The notes beneath the pieces were generated by a model. It worked only from the letters and a program-made list of their open reading frames with translations, ran no database searches and was not told the DNA's origin. A DNA stretch of 64,000 bases, taken from Aplysia californica (Eukaryota). Position numbers and translations under genes: made by a program. The DNA is taken from assembly GCF_000002075.1 (NCBI RefSeq), contig NW_004797305.1:1749575-1813574 (forward strand), in the 5' to 3' direction. Below, piece by piece: positions 62,300-64,000 of the stretch. The stretch's first letter is position 1. The number at the start of each line of letters is the position of its first letter.

Positions 62300-63760
62300 G
62301 GCAGGATTTTCTGATGTGCACAGAATCGTGCCCTTCTTCCATCAGCCATGTAGAATACTTTCTGTTCCCGCAGAGAGAGCTGTATTGGTGCAATAGTTAG
62401 TCCACCGTTTCTCCAACAACGTAATCTACAGCTGATGTGGAGGAAGAGGCTGCATACCGTTCAAGAGGACATTGTTGTTCAGTAGATTTGTGATAAATCT
62501 CTTCCTAGTATGGATGCATCTTAACAGTATACTTTGTTAGAGTTAAGGTTATGTCCATGATCTCGTTGGGGTCAGCGTCTTTCCTGTAGGATGATGAATT
62601 GTCTTCAGCACCTTTTTAAGCTACTGAAGAGCTGATTGGGGCACAGCTCCACCAGGGCCCTCTAATTCTTCGCTTTCTTCAGTAATCTGTACATCAAGAT
62701 GTGCTTGGTCAAGAAACGCTCGATCTTCTCTGGTGAGGTTGACCAGTGGTACCGTTTCATATGATGAGGTTGCAAAATTTGGTCTTCCTAAGAATTTTTC
62801 AAAGGTAGTAAAGGGATGTGTTGCCTTGTTGACCCAGTTGTAATGCTCGTAATAACATTCTTCCAGCTGCTCAGGCCACTTTTTTGCATCTGACAAATAG
62901 TTTTTTGAAAATATTCCACCTCGGTTCTGTTGAACCTGTCAACACGGCCTTGTGATTGTGGGTGGTAAGGTCTGCCGTTGAGTATTTGAATGCGGAATTC
63001 TTCAAAACTCATTGGATTCTATACCATTGTCCGACTGGAGAATCCTAGTTGCCCCATATAGGGGGATGAAATGGACCAGGTTGTTCCCTATTTGTTTGGC
63101 ACTTTTGTCCTTGACTGGGGAGCTGAAGGCAAATCATGAATAGCTGCTAGAGCAGTCCACCACGTTCAAAATGTAGTTGCACCCTTGCTGTGATGGCATT
63201 TCTTTAGATCTATTTGCCACCTGCTGTTTTGGTAGGTGGCTGGAATGGGTTTCCTCGATGCATTTTATTTTTGGCAGATCTCTTGCCTGTGCACATTCCG
63301 AGCAGCAGATATTTTCCTTGAACAAAAGTTGTGACAAATTCATTGGTCACGCGGTAACAAATTTGCCTCAGACTTTCGTAAATTGTACTACTTTTCCTGT
63401 GGTCTTTTGCGTGGTTCAATTCAACCATTTTAGGTTGTTCATATTTTGTGAGACACTTACGATTGCCAGTCACCAAATCCTCGGACTTGAAAAACATAGC
63501 ATCTTCTTTGTCAATACAAAAAAATTGCTCAATATGTTTGCAAACAAGTACAAGGTGTTCTGAAGTCAATGTCTGGTTTTGTCTTTTGGCAAATTTTCTT
63601 GATCCCCATTGTCATTGAGGTAGATAATACCTCACCTTTACAACTGTCAGAATTTCTTTGTAAGAAGTCCAAAAGATTTCTGGCCTGTCTTTAGTTTGAT
63701 GTCTCCGTCGATGTGTATACCAAAGAAAATCCCTTCTTTGGGAACAGTGTCCTCCTCCAT
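62300..63760 (-). mobile_element. Decayed Ginger/Gypsy-type DDE integrase (rve) element
   Basis: Frameshifted pieces: H...CSEC zinc-binding region, YILNVVD, YGATRILQSDNG, ILNGRPYHPQSQGRVDRFNRT, HYNWVNKATHPFTTFEKFLGR. Several stops and frameshifts; no LTR or RT seen; outer limits uncertain. Confidence 0.8.
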
Positions 63761-64000
63761 GTTGAGTTTTTAGGCCTACATTCCTACAAGGATTTCAACT
63801 TCAGTGCTCAATAGTGCATGGTCATGCATTACTATCTTAAGCAATCTCGCACAGCGAATTGGGAAGGAAAGTACTTTCTTCAAAATGAAATAAAACTGGC
63901 AATGGTGCCATGTGGTGCATGTCATTCAGCCTCTTCATGTATATAATATAAATTTGCCACGAAATTGGCAACAAGACGCACAATTGGCTCCCTGCCACGG

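Overview
Eukaryotic (animal) genomic DNA, AT-rich, with spliceosomal introns and many transposon relics. The repeat families suggest a mollusc, possibly a gastropod, but that is inference only. No prokaryotic features, CRISPR arrays or rRNA were seen. Four intron-containing genes can be built by hand with consistent splice phases: (1) the 5' part of a probably N-myristoylated ankyrin-repeat protein on the minus strand, running off the left edge; (2) an R3HCC1/R3HCC1L-family gene, head-to-head with it; (3) a divergent hydroxylysine-kinase-like (APH/choline-kinase fold) gene; (4) POLR2M/GRINL1A (Gdown1). The two strongest signals involve non-canonical gene expression. The R3H domain of the R3HCC1-like gene has no in-frame AUG: an in-frame stop lies upstream, and a CUG in strong context sits where human R3HCC1 starts at CUG, probably preceded by a 3-codon uORF formed by splicing. 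The last intron of POLR2M has U12-type (minor spliceosome) signals, GTATCCTTT ... TCCTTAAC ... AG. Also present: a near-perfect 97-bp-arm hairpin just 3' of the kinase gene, a nested MITE pile with readable TSDs (Tc1/pogo-, Merlin- and Mutator-like), a tRNA-derived SINE sharing its 3' tail with a probable LINE partner, several LINE 3' ends, and a decayed Ginger/Gypsy-type integrase. There is one assembly gap (3400-3559). Exon boundaries were counted by hand; repeat boundaries are approximate unless TSDs are given.
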